From the IMG/VR virus record IMGVR_UViG_3300034061_004620: a DNA stretch of 64,000 bases. One strand, given 5' to 3'. Source of the stretch: a virus. Taxonomy: Duplodnaviria; Caudoviricetes. Below the pieces are notes generated by a model. That model was not told where the DNA came from and made no database searches. It saw only the letters and a list, made by a program, of their open reading frames with translations. How positions within the stretch are numbered: position 1 is the first letter of the stretch; each line of letters begins with the position of its first letter. A program made the translations under genes and the position numbers. Positions 45,743-54,720 of the stretch are shown piece by piece.

Positions 45743-46203
45743 GTGGTGCACTGAGAGAAAAAGACGCGGCCGATTTTGATTTAGAACAATTTACAGAAAT
45801 GTTTGATCGGGCTATAACCAGTGATGATCCCAGGGTAAAGAACGCCTTACGTCAACTGATGATGATGGTTATTCTTACCGATACCGATGATCACGAAGGC
45901 AAGCAAAGAGCCAGTCATGGTCCTCTGCGTAGAATGCAACAAGACATGCGTGACCAGTTCAGATGGATTCAGCGACTTGAAAATGACTTAGAGAGTTTAA
46001 AAAAACAAATGGCGTACAACGAAACACAAATTAAAGTACAAAGTGAACCTGGATTTAAAGCCCAAGGCGTCTCTCCCAGTGAATATTGGCAAAAGGCTAT
46101 AGCACAAACAAACATGCTAAAGCCACAAGGATTAGAAAATATTTCTAACAACGCATTACAAGGTCTAAATATCAAGGTCGCCGCAGATACAGGAGAAAAA
46201 TAA
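45739..46203 (+). CDS. Hypothetical coiled-coil protein
   Basis: AGGAGG SD before ATG 45739. Confidence 0.65.
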   Translation: MSGALREKDAADFDLEQFTEMFDRAITSDDPRVKNALRQLMMMVILTDTDDHEGKQRASHGPLRRMQQDMRDQFRWIQRLENDLESLKKQMAYNETQIKVQSEPGFKAQGVSPSEYWQKAIAQTNMLKPQGLENISNNALQGLNIKVAADTGEK

Positions 46204-47399
46204 TGCGTAAGTTATGGTACATGGGCTTAGAGCCTTACAAAGCAAGATACACCCTGCAACTACAAGAATGGAATCGTGCTGTATTTGAACGTAGAGGTAT
46301 TGACTATGAGATTGTGCCTGGCGAAACGCTTAGTAATGATCAGGCTATTGTAACCGGCCAAGTGTTAGATGCACATGGTCGTACATATTTTGGCATGAGT
46401 CAGTTAATGAATCTCATTCGTCTAATGAAAGCAGGAGAAGTTACCAATGAAGATGTTATCTACTTTGAAGACATGTTTCAACCCGGCATCGAGAGCTTAC
46501 CTTACATTCTTGATCAAGTGTCTGCTAACATGCGTCCTCGCATTGCCGTTCGTTGTCTTGCACAAACTATTGACCCAGATGACTTTGTTCATGTCTGGGG
46601 CATGCAGGAATGGATGGGGCATTATGAAAAGATGGTAGATAGCTTTGCCGACATTGTGTTAGCTACCAATGAAGAAATGGTCATGCACATGAAAGTGGCA
46701 GGATGGAAGGCTCCCGTCTATAACATCTCAGGACTGGCATTTGGTAAGGATGAAGTTCGCAGTCGAGTGCCAGGAATGCTAAAACCTTTTGTAGAAAGAG
46801 CATTTCGTGTAGGCTTTGCTGCTCGTTGGGATCAAGAGAAACAGCCCGACTTCTACATGGATCTAATTGAAGAATATTATAAACTGCAAGCACTACCGTA
46901 TAACGATTGGCCTCAAGTAGAATTCTGTGTGTTTAGTGGCAGCAAGTTGCGTTCCAATAATAGTTCGTATATGGAACGTACACGTAGACTACAAGCAGAA
47001 GGTAAACTGACTGTATATGAAGATCTTGAAAAGAATGACTACTACGCTTTACTCAACGATACGCGAGTGCTTTTTAATTGTGCTCTTCAGGATTGGGTGT
47101 CAAATACTGCCAGCGAGGCGGACGCTCTTGGGGCTAATATCTTATACCCCGCATACCGTAGCTTTCCCGAAGCTTTTGCAAATGATCCTGAACGACTTTA
47201 TGTCCCGTGGTCGTTACGAGATGCTGTACAAAAACTTGTCCCCCTCCTCCAGCGTCCGCATGCAAACATGGGTAAATTTAGTGCGTGGAATGATGGTACC
47301 ATTGATCGTGTCTGTGACATAATCGAAGGCAAAGGCGAACAGTGGTTGCGTATGACCACCGATTATAGAAAACATACGCATGAATCAAAATACTACTAA
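46203..47399 (+). CDS. GT-B fold glycosyltransferase
   Basis: VGFAARWDQEKQP, YYALLNDTRVLFNCALQDWVSNTASEADALG..LYPAYRSFPE; a GT4-like C-terminal domain. Confidence 0.8.
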   Translation: MRKLWYMGLEPYKARYTLQLQEWNRAVFERRGIDYEIVPGETLSNDQAIVTGQVLDAHGRTYFGMSQLMNLIRLMKAGEVTNEDVIYFEDMFQPGIESLPYILDQVSANMRPRIAVRCLAQTIDPDDFVHVWGMQEWMGHYEKMVDSFADIVLATNEEMVMHMKVAGWKAPVYNISGLAFGKDEVRSRVPGMLKPFVERAFRVGFAARWDQEKQPDFYMDLIEEYYKLQALPYNDWPQVEFCVFSGSKLRSNNSSYMERTRRLQAEGKLTVYEDLEKNDYYALLNDTRVLFNCALQDWVSNTASEADALGANILYPAYRSFPEAFANDPERLYVPWSLRDAVQKLVPLLQRPHANMGKFSAWNDGTIDRVCDIIEGKGEQWLRMTTDYRKHTHESKYY

Positions 47400-47409
47400 G
47401 GAGATAGAA

Positions 47410-47601
47410 ATGTTAAAAATTAAAGACAAACTTGAAAAAATTAATGATAATTTTAATGTATACATGTACGATAATGGATACATGATGGAAATTAGTGGTC
47501 GCGACGATAACGGAGATTGGGCTACCGCAAAAATTATCTGTAACACGTTAGATGATTTAGTTACTTTAATTAAAGAAACATCAACATTAGAGCGCGATTA
47601 A
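47410..47601 (+). CDS. Hypothetical protein
   Basis: AAGGAG SD before ATG 47410. Confidence 0.65.
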   Translation: MLKIKDKLEKINDNFNVYMYDNGYMMEISGRDDNGDWATAKIICNTLDDLVTLIKETSTLERD

Positions 47602-47604
47602 TAA

Positions 47605-48570
47605 ATGAAAGTGGTAGTTACTGGAGGATGTGGCTACATTGGTAGTCATATCGCTCGTTATCTCAAACAACACAATGAAAATTGTAGTGTGTACGTTATT
47701 GATCGTGAGCGTAGAGACCATACCTTAAAGAATGTTGATGGTTTCTTACATACCGATTATGTTTCTCGACAGACTTTATTGTGGTTAGATGAACTACAAC
47801 CAGACGTCATTGTTCATTGTGCCGGCGACATATCTGTTAGAGAAAGTGTAGAAGATCCTGCGAAATATTATGACAACAATGTTGCAAGGACAATTACCTT
47901 TTTAAATCATGTTAAAAATTATAAAAAGAAACCGCAAATTCTTTTTAGTAGCAGTGCCAGTGTGTACGGCAATCCTGATCGCGTTCCATTGGTTGAAACA
48001 GATCGGATAAAACCAATTAGTCCATATGGACACACTAAAGATATAATAGAACAAGTTTTATTAAATTATAATCAAGCATACGGATTACCAGCAGTTTGTT
48101 TCAGATATTTTAATGCAGCAGGTGCGGAACCCAATAACTATGATTTAGGTCAAGCTGCAGGAGCGGGACATATCATTGCAAGACTGTTAGAATCAAAAAT
48201 ACGTGACGAGTATTTCACATTAAATGGTGTAGATTTCAATACTGCTGACAGAACTTGCGTACGAGATTATATTCATGTGTGGGATCTTGCTGACGCACAT
48301 AATCGAGCTATACATTGGAACAAGAACCAACAATTTGCAGTATTCAATTTAGGTACTAATAGTGGCATCAGCAATCAGCAAATTATAGATTACATCTCTA
48401 TAAATTATGGTCCGTTAAAAATACACGTAGGCCCTCGCAGACCAGGGGATCCTGATCAATTGATAGCTGATGCTGCGCTGGCAAATAACGTTCTTGGATG
48501 GCAACCAAATCATTCAACCTTGAATCAAATCGTTGATTCAGCCTACAAATGGTACACTCGTGGCATTTGA
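47605..48570 (+). CDS. galE: UDP-glucose 4-epimerase-like extended SDR
   Basis: TGGCGYIGSH, FSSSASVYG, YGHTK, RYFNAAG, RDYIHVWDLADAH, RRPGDP. Confidence 0.9.
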   Translation: MKVVVTGGCGYIGSHIARYLKQHNENCSVYVIDRERRDHTLKNVDGFLHTDYVSRQTLLWLDELQPDVIVHCAGDISVRESVEDPAKYYDNNVARTITFLNHVKNYKKKPQILFSSSASVYGNPDRVPLVETDRIKPISPYGHTKDIIEQVLLNYNQAYGLPAVCFRYFNAAGAEPNNYDLGQAAGAGHIIARLLESKIRDEYFTLNGVDFNTADRTCVRDYIHVWDLADAHNRAIHWNKNQQFAVFNLGTNSGISNQQIIDYISINYGPLKIHVGPRRPGDPDQLIADAALANNVLGWQPNHSTLNQIVDSAYKWYTRGI

Positions 48571-49147
48571 AGAAATTGCACAATTTGAACAACTATTAGC
48601 AAAGAAAACTGGGGCACCTTATGCCATCATGACCGATTGTTGCACTCATGCAATAGAGCTTTGCTTGAGATATCAACGTGTGAATCAAGTGGCCTTTACA
48701 GCCTATACCTATTTGAGTATTCCCATGCTCATGCACAAATTAGGTATCATGTACATGCACACCGATGAAGCATGGATTGGCGAATATCAATTCCACGGAA
48801 CCAACATATGGGATAGTGCCAGAAGATTAGAAAACAACATGTATAGACCTGGTATGATGCAATGTTTGAGTTTTGGTCATAACAAGCCTTTACAAATAGG
48901 CCATGGTGGTGCTATACTATTAGATGACAAAGAGGCATATGATGTTTTATTACAACAGAGATATGATGGACGGAACCTTAGTATCCAACCATGGCAAGCC
49001 CAGCAGGTTTTCAAGGTGGGTTACCATTATAGGCCAACTATTGAAGATGCAAGGATCGGTTTAGAAAAATTGTATTTTGTTAACGAACCGCCTAAATATC
49101 ACGACTATCCAGATCTTAGAAACATACAAATTATTGGAGACACTTAA
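48560..49147 (+). CDS. Short DegT/DnrJ-family PLP aminotransferase
   Basis: CCTHAIEL, WDSA, SFGHNKPL (PLP Lys), GHGGAIL; only about 195 aa; likely GTG start. Confidence 0.75.
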   Translation: MAFEEIAQFEQLLAKKTGAPYAIMTDCCTHAIELCLRYQRVNQVAFTAYTYLSIPMLMHKLGIMYMHTDEAWIGEYQFHGTNIWDSARRLENNMYRPGMMQCLSFGHNKPLQIGHGGAILLDDKEAYDVLLQQRYDGRNLSIQPWQAQQVFKVGYHYRPTIEDARIGLEKLYFVNEPPKYHDYPDLRNIQIIGDT

Positions 49148-49911
49148 TGGTTTATAACAAAGTATACGAAAGCAATGACGAAACAGGATTAGATGCAATG
49201 GCCGGTGACGGTGGTTACAAAGAATCAACATTGTCAGCTGCTATTCGTGCCAGAATGAAACGTGACGGTAAAAGGTATTGGGCCGGAGACAACATTAGTG
49301 ATTACTTACACGAAAGCGATCGAGAACATTTGATCAATGAGGCTACCGAAGCATTTGAGAAGGTGTTAGACACGCTACTAATTGATAGAGAAACAGATCC
49401 TAACAGCCAAGGTACTGCACGCCGACTTGCAAAAATGTACTTCAATGAATTGATGGCAGGAAGATATGACCCAACACCTAACGCAACTGCGTTTCCAAAT
49501 GACACCGAAGGAGCATACGACGGCATGCTCGTCGTCCGTTCTGAGCTTAAGAGTGTTTGCAGCCATCATCACCAACCTGTTACAGGCGTTGCATATATTG
49601 GCATTATTGCTGGTCCCAAACTCATTGGGCTTTCTAAATACACCCGAATTGCCCAATGGTGCGCTCGTCGTGGAACGCTACAAGAAGAACTTTGCATGGA
49701 CATTGCACGAGAAATTGAATTTGCAACTGGAAGTAAGGATGTGGCTGTATATATCCAGGCGACGCACGGATGCTGCGAGAATAGAGGAATTATGGCACAC
49801 AGTAGTCTTACCCAGACCACAGTGTTAAGAGGTGCGTTTAAGGATGATCAAAGCACCAAGAAAGAGTTCTTTGACAACATTAAACTACAACAGGAGTTTG
49901 CTCCGCGATGA
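49147..49911 (+). CDS. folE: GTP cyclohydrolase I
   Basis: SVCSHHHQP, GLSKYTRI, LQEEL, HGCCENRG. Confidence 0.95.
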   Translation: MVYNKVYESNDETGLDAMAGDGGYKESTLSAAIRARMKRDGKRYWAGDNISDYLHESDREHLINEATEAFEKVLDTLLIDRETDPNSQGTARRLAKMYFNELMAGRYDPTPNATAFPNDTEGAYDGMLVVRSELKSVCSHHHQPVTGVAYIGIIAGPKLIGLSKYTRIAQWCARRGTLQEELCMDIAREIEFATGSKDVAVYIQATHGCCENRGIMAHSSLTQTTVLRGAFKDDQSTKKEFFDNIKLQQEFAPR

Positions 49912-50156
49912 AATGTATCACTTGCGATCGAGAATACTCAACGACCTGCGACTGGAATCAAGGTCGTTGCCCCCATCATCCGCCATTGCTAAACGTACAA
50001 CCAAAAGATACCAGTAGAGGACATTTTTATGTTAGTCTTGCAAAAAGTGCTATTAGAATATTTGCAGGCGGCGTACTAATGGCCGGTAACATTTGGTTAG
50101 CTGGTTTATGTATTGTGTTAGCCGAATTATTAGGTGTTATTGAAGAGATTGTTTAA
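49908..50156 (+). CDS. Hypothetical protein with Cys motif and C-terminal TM segments
   Basis: CITC...C....RCPHH followed by a hydrophobic tail. Confidence 0.6.
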   Translation: MKCITCDREYSTTCDWNQGRCPHHPPLLNVQPKDTSRGHFYVSLAKSAIRIFAGGVLMAGNIWLAGLCIVLAELLGVIEEIV

Positions 50157-50181
50157 GATAATTATTAATAGGAGACAACAA

Positions 50182-50859
50182 ATGGAATACGCATTGCCTT
50201 ATAGAACAGCCACCGAAATCAACAGTGCCATGGGTCGTGTATACGGTAATATGGCTTTAGCAGTTATTACCAGTATGATTGTTAGTATGTTTGTGGCATC
50301 TAACGCAGACTTAATGGCTTTCTTTTTTACCGGAATTGTAAAATGGATCGTGATCTTTGCTCCACTGGCGGCAATTTTTGCAGTAGGTTATGTGTTAGGA
50401 AATAATCCAAGCAAAGTTACCGCTCAACTATGTTTGCACGGCTTTGCGGCACTTATGGGCCTTAGTTTTGCAACTATTTTTGTAATCTATACAACAGCAA
50501 GTATTGTGAACGCATTTCTTGGTGCAGCAGTATTGTTTAGTACAATGAGTTTCTATGGCTATTTTACTAAAAAAAGTTTAGATAGTTTTGGAAAATATTT
50601 GATAGTAGGACTTATTGCAATTATTATAGTTAGCATTATTAATATTTTTATCGGATCGTCTGCATTGCAGATGTTCATCAGTGCCGCAGCAGTCTTAATC
50701 TTTTTAGGGTTAACTGCCTACGACACACAAAAAATTCGAGAGCAAATTATGGAAAGTTCAAGCCCGGCCATTGAAGCGATGGGCGCATTAACATTGTATT
50801 TAGACTTTATTAATTTGTTCTTGAGTCTATTACAATTATTCGGAGGTAGGAGAGAATAA
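50182..50859 (+). CDS. Bax inhibitor-1/YccA family membrane protein
   Basis: Seven TM segments; AYDTQKIR and GALTLYLDFINLFLSLLQL. Confidence 0.9.
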   Translation: MEYALPYRTATEINSAMGRVYGNMALAVITSMIVSMFVASNADLMAFFFTGIVKWIVIFAPLAAIFAVGYVLGNNPSKVTAQLCLHGFAALMGLSFATIFVIYTTASIVNAFLGAAVLFSTMSFYGYFTKKSLDSFGKYLIVGLIAIIIVSIINIFIGSSALQMFISAAAVLIFLGLTAYDTQKIREQIMESSSPAIEAMGALTLYLDFINLFLSLLQLFGGRRE

Positions 50860-50865
50860 TAATAA

Positions 50866-51114
50866 ATGTCAGATAATAATAATAACAATAATAATGACGA
50901 CAACGATGTCAAAGCAAATTTAAAAAAGTTTAAACCTAAAAAACCAAAAATTACGGTTCCGGAAGAGTTTTTAAAAGGAGCCAACAGTTACGATGATAAA
51001 CTTATGTTAGTAAAATACCTAACTGAAAAGGAAAAAGGTCGAGTATTACTAATTTTTAAAAAAATGATAGCTCAAGGTATGGCAGAATCGAAGAAAAAGA
51101 AGGGTTTGAAATAA
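50866..51114 (+). CDS. Hypothetical basic protein with N-terminal poly-Asn
   Basis: MSDNNNNNNNDDND from AAT/AAC repeats. Confidence 0.6.
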   Translation: MSDNNNNNNNDDNDVKANLKKFKPKKPKITVPEEFLKGANSYDDKLMLVKYLTEKEKGRVLLIFKKMIAQGMAESKKKKGLK

Positions 51115-52200
51115 TTAATCAAAGGGCATCAAAAGTTCATTAAGAATTTCTTGATGCCAATTTGTTTCCAGAAAATGATGCAAGTTATAATCCAAAATAT
51201 TTTGCAATTGAGCATAAACAAGTGTAGGATCTTTACTGCATAATTGTTCAACTTGATTCCATGCCATTTGCCATCTTACCCTGTCGTTGGGCTCATCATC
51301 ATATGATTCGTCAATAACAGTCTTTCCATCAATATCTATAACATCACCAAAAGTCTTAAATCCTAAGGATCTTAAATTACGTAGATAATATTGTCCACAA
51401 AAAGCTACAAAAGGACGACGGGCCAATATTGGTTTTATCACTTTTTCAGTGTATTGATTATAACTATTAAACGCTGTTGTTTCTGCCACAATTGAATAGT
51501 ATGAATCGTTATAGATATAATACGGAATTATTGCATATAGAGACATACCAACGACGCCACCATAGTTTATGTCTGGTACAAATCTATATAGATTGTTAAA
51601 TGTGTTTTTTTTATCATAATAATCTCCCCATGATCCCTGTGCGGGATCATCTTTGTAGTATGTAAAATAAACTTTGTTTTTGTAAATACTCTTGAGATAT
51701 AAATTGTGTACGATGTCCCTGTGATTTTTACGAGATCCAAGAAGACAATCAAACATGTAAGATCTTGGTTGCCAAGATCTTGGTAACTCTATTTTGGTAG
51801 TTAAGTCTTTGGCCCATTGATATTGGGCATAATAATTGCGAGAATCAACAAACCAAGAAATTTTAGTTTTAAAGTTATCACTGTTTTCGTCGTTGGTTAC
51901 TATATCAGTAAAAATTTTAATTTTTTTATTAGATATAATATTAATAAATTTTAGGATATAAGGATCAGTAGGTTCGGAGATGTTTAACAGCAATTTTTTT
52001 GTTTTTGGTAACAACTTATCTATTATAGGCAAGTACGAAGCATAAAAATTGGTGTAAAAACTGATACCAATAGCATCACAATCATCTGGTAAAGTTTCTA
52101 TCCAATTGGTTAGATTGTATTGACAATAATTTGAAATCTTGTTGTGATCATGATCAACAAAAATTTCACTAAAAAAGTGTTCGAGAAAAATCTTTGACAT
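51115..52200 (-). CDS. Putative glycosyltransferase-like protein (GT10-like C-terminus)
   Basis: YSIVAETT...YTEKVIKPI...PF...LRSLGFKTF resembles the GT10 F.L.FEN...Y.TEK motif. Confidence 0.5.
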   Translation of the reverse strand: MSKIFLEHFFSEIFVDHDHNKISNYCQYNLTNWIETLPDDCDAIGISFYTNFYASYLPIIDKLLPKTKKLLLNISEPTDPYILKFINIISNKKIKIFTDIVTNDENSDNFKTKISWFVDSRNYYAQYQWAKDLTTKIELPRSWQPRSYMFDCLLGSRKNHRDIVHNLYLKSIYKNKVYFTYYKDDPAQGSWGDYYDKKNTFNNLYRFVPDINYGGVVGMSLYAIIPYYIYNDSYYSIVAETTAFNSYNQYTEKVIKPILARRPFVAFCGQYYLRNLRSLGFKTFGDVIDIDGKTVIDESYDDEPNDRVRWQMAWNQVEQLCSKDPTLVYAQLQNILDYNLHHFLETNWHQEILNELLMPFD

Positions 52201-52222
52201 TTAAATAATAATGCTTTAATAT
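52194..52222 (+). promoter_or_regulatory. Sigma70-type promoter with nested TAAATA; divergent TAAATA on the minus strand at 52228-52237
   Basis: TTGACA-17 bp-TAATAT; TAAATA at 52202. Confidence 0.65.
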
Positions 52223-52245
52223 ATAGGTATTTATTTAGGAAAATT

Positions 52246-53037
52246 ATGAACATAGGTATAGTCGGAATGGGCTATGTTGGGCGGGCAGTTCAGGCATCGT
52301 GGTTGGGCTCTCAACACAAAGTGAAATATTATGATCCTGCTGTGGACGGATCGGTGAGTGATTTACAAGAATTAGTTAGTGGTAATCCGTCGGCGATTTT
52401 TATATGCGTACCTACACCTTCTATAGATACTGGCGAATGTGATCTTAGTATTATAATAACAACATTAGATCAAATAAAAACAACGTATTCAGGTATGATT
52501 GTTATCAAAAGCACAGTACCACCAGATTTTTGGCAGGCTTATATCGCACATGATAACATCTTTCATGTGCCTGAATTTTTAGTAGCAAGTCGGGCCATTC
52601 AAGATTATCTTAATCCTGAATTTATTTTTATTGGTGGAAATAAAAGTCAGACTCATAAAGTTTCACAATTACTTGCTTCAAGTGCCGTTAACACAGCCGT
52701 TCCTATATATTATACAGATCTAATCACTGCAAGTCTTGTGAAATATTTTATGAATACCTTTTTAGCTACCAAAGTAACAGTACTAAACCAGTTCAGTCAA
52801 CTGAGCAACGCAATTGGTGCCAATTGGGATGATTTTACTCAAATGATTGAAATAGATAATAGAATGGGATCGAGTCATACTCAAGTTCCCGGTCCAGACG
52901 GCAAATACGGATACGGAGGTGCTTGCTTTCCCAAGGATGTTCGTGCTATAATACATTCCATGCAAAAGCACAATGTAAGTGCAGGCATAATCGAAGCAGT
53001 TGACGCTGCTAACACACAATTCAGAGGTAAAGAATGA
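52246..53037 (+). CDS. UDP-glucose/GDP-mannose dehydrogenase-family protein (short form)
   Basis: GIVGMGYVG, FICVPTP, VIKSTVPP, PEFL, KYFMNTFLATKV, GYGGACFPKD. Confidence 0.85.
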   Translation: MNIGIVGMGYVGRAVQASWLGSQHKVKYYDPAVDGSVSDLQELVSGNPSAIFICVPTPSIDTGECDLSIIITTLDQIKTTYSGMIVIKSTVPPDFWQAYIAHDNIFHVPEFLVASRAIQDYLNPEFIFIGGNKSQTHKVSQLLASSAVNTAVPIYYTDLITASLVKYFMNTFLATKVTVLNQFSQLSNAIGANWDDFTQMIEIDNRMGSSHTQVPGPDGKYGYGGACFPKDVRAIIHSMQKHNVSAGIIEAVDAANTQFRGKE

Positions 53038-53585
53038 GCAAAGTATACTACACCAATAAACACGTTAGATCGTGGATACACTCTATCGTAAGAGAAATGA
53101 CGAATCAAAATTGGCGTCCAGATTATGTTGTAGGCTTGACCCGTGGTGGCCTTATACCTGCCGTCCTTATTAGTCAATATTTAGGCGTTCCTATGCATAC
53201 CCTGAATGTTAGTTTAAGAGATAGTAATTTAGGCCCAGAAAGCAATTTATGGATGGCCGAAGAAGCGTTTGGATATGTACCCGACGACGAAAGAAATGGT
53301 AGTGATACCAAAGTTGATCCAGCATATAGAAAAAAAATCTTAATCGTAGATGATATCAATGATACTGGTGCCACTCTCGAATGGATAAAAAATGATTGGA
53401 CCAGTGGATGTTTGCCCAACCACAGTGCGTGGGATAGCGTTTGGAATAAAACAACGCGATTTGCTGTGTTAGTGAACAACGAAGTAAGTAATTTTAAAGA
53501 CGTTGATTATGTTGGAACATCTATAAACAAACATGAAAATCCTATGTGGGCAGTATTTCCTTGGGAAGCGTGGTGGGAGAGATGA
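53034..53585 (+). CDS. Purine phosphoribosyltransferase (Gpt-like)
   Basis: VVGLTRGGLIPA, PRPP-binding ILIVDDINDTGATL, WAVFPWE. Confidence 0.85.
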   Translation: MSKVYYTNKHVRSWIHSIVREMTNQNWRPDYVVGLTRGGLIPAVLISQYLGVPMHTLNVSLRDSNLGPESNLWMAEEAFGYVPDDERNGSDTKVDPAYRKKILIVDDINDTGATLEWIKNDWTSGCLPNHSAWDSVWNKTTRFAVLVNNEVSNFKDVDYVGTSINKHENPMWAVFPWEAWWER

Positions 53586-53920
53586 TCGCCCTGCCGCCTG
53601 GTTGTACAGTAACTTATGCTGTCTGGGTTGATGTAGATAAACTTACAGACGAAATGGTAGAGTGGTATCGTCTAATAGATGGCGAAGTATATCAAGACCG
53701 ATGGTACGATACTCGAGGTCGAGAACAATCAGTGTATTATGTAAGTTACGGTAAAGGTAAAAGATGTCACCACCATCAAAACGGCGCAGGTGGTACTAAA
53801 TTACATTTTCATGGCGACGATGCCAGTGCTGCCAGTATGTTTATTATGAAATTTTTTGAACATGTAACAAATAGCAATTTGAGAGAACAAATGGAACGGT
53901 ATAGTCGTGAAATAGCATAA
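53582..53920 (+). CDS. Hypothetical protein
   Basis: ATG 53582 overlapping the upstream stop. Confidence 0.6.
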   Translation: MIALPPGCTVTYAVWVDVDKLTDEMVEWYRLIDGEVYQDRWYDTRGREQSVYYVSYGKGKRCHHHQNGAGGTKLHFHGDDASAASMFIMKFFEHVTNSNLREQMERYSREIA

Positions 53921-53927
53921 ATAGTTT

Positions 53928-54104
53928 ATGTGGTCCTTAATTATAATGTTACATGCTGTTTCTCCAAACGTTCCGCCATCAAAGGGTTCAATTAGTTTTG
54001 CTACACAAAATTTTGAAGAATGTCAAAAAGTGAGAGATCAGGTAATAAAATCATGGGCATCTGACCGGTATCGTGTTACAGCAAATTGTATCCCTAACAA
54101 ATAA
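53928..54104 (+). CDS. Small exported protein (58 aa)
   Basis: Translated by hand; TAAATA at 53918; hydrophobic N-terminus; two Cys. Confidence 0.6.
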   Translation: MWSLIIMLHAVSPNVPPSKGSISFATQNFEECQKVRDQVIKSWASDRYRVTANCIPNK

Positions 54105-54128
54105 AATAAAATAAATATTTTTCCACAC

Positions 54129-54196
54129 AGCGGCCTTTCTGGCATTCATCCCGCTTTACAAATTCTGCAAGCCTATGTTAATATTAATATAGGAGA
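54129..54196 (+). promoter_or_regulatory. Structured 5' leader of queD (riboswitch-like stem-loop plus SD-sequestering hairpin)
   Basis: AGCGG/CCGCT stem, 17-nt loop, A-rich tail, then the 9-bp hairpin CCTATGTTA-atat-TAATATAGG covering the SD. Confidence 0.5.
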
Positions 54197-54202
54197 ATCA
54201 AA

Positions 54203-54718
54203 TTGGCAAAGTTTTACTCAACAAAAACATATGGTAATGACCGAGGACTGTCATGTTGTTTTAGACAATGGCGTGCCACACACAGTCATTGTTCAACATT
54301 ACATGGCTACTCAATTGGCATTAAATTGATCTTTGAATGCGATACACTGGATGACAAAAACTGGTGTATGGACTTTGGTGGACTCAAAGAATTCAAAGCA
54401 TGGGCTGATCACATGTTTGATCACACCTTGATAGTCGCCGAAGATGATCCGATGTTGGATTTTTTTAAACACATGAACGAAATAGTAGATATTGATAGCA
54501 AAGATCATTTAAGTAAATTTCCATATGCACGTGGCGCATTATGTGATTTACGTATTGTGCCGGGTGTAGGATGCGAAATGTTTGCCAAACTATGCTATGA
54601 CAAAATGGCTGAACTATTAGCATCGGGAGAAATGCGTTATCCAATCAATCCAACAGTGCGTGTTAAATCAGTAGAAGTATTTGAACACGGTGCTAACTCA
54701 GCCACATACGAAGGTTAA
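54203..54718 (+). CDS. queD: 6-carboxy-5,6,7,8-tetrahydropterin synthase
   Basis: HCSTLHGYS, WCMDFGGLK, FDHTL, GCEMFA, VEVFEHGANSATY; TTG start. Confidence 0.88.
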   Translation: MAKFYSTKTYGNDRGLSCCFRQWRATHSHCSTLHGYSIGIKLIFECDTLDDKNWCMDFGGLKEFKAWADHMFDHTLIVAEDDPMLDFFKHMNEIVDIDSKDHLSKFPYARGALCDLRIVPGVGCEMFAKLCYDKMAELLASGEMRYPINPTVRVKSVEVFEHGANSATYEG

Positions 54719-54720
54719 CA

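Noticed and set aside
48560-49147. Possible frameshifted or pseudogene aminotransferase
   Set aside because: Its stop overlaps the folE ATG in normal coupling, and there is no room for a missing C-terminal domain downstream.
53975-54000. GGGTTCAATT resembling a tRNA T-loop
   Set aside because: It lies inside a small ORF; no acceptor, D or anticodon stems could be built.
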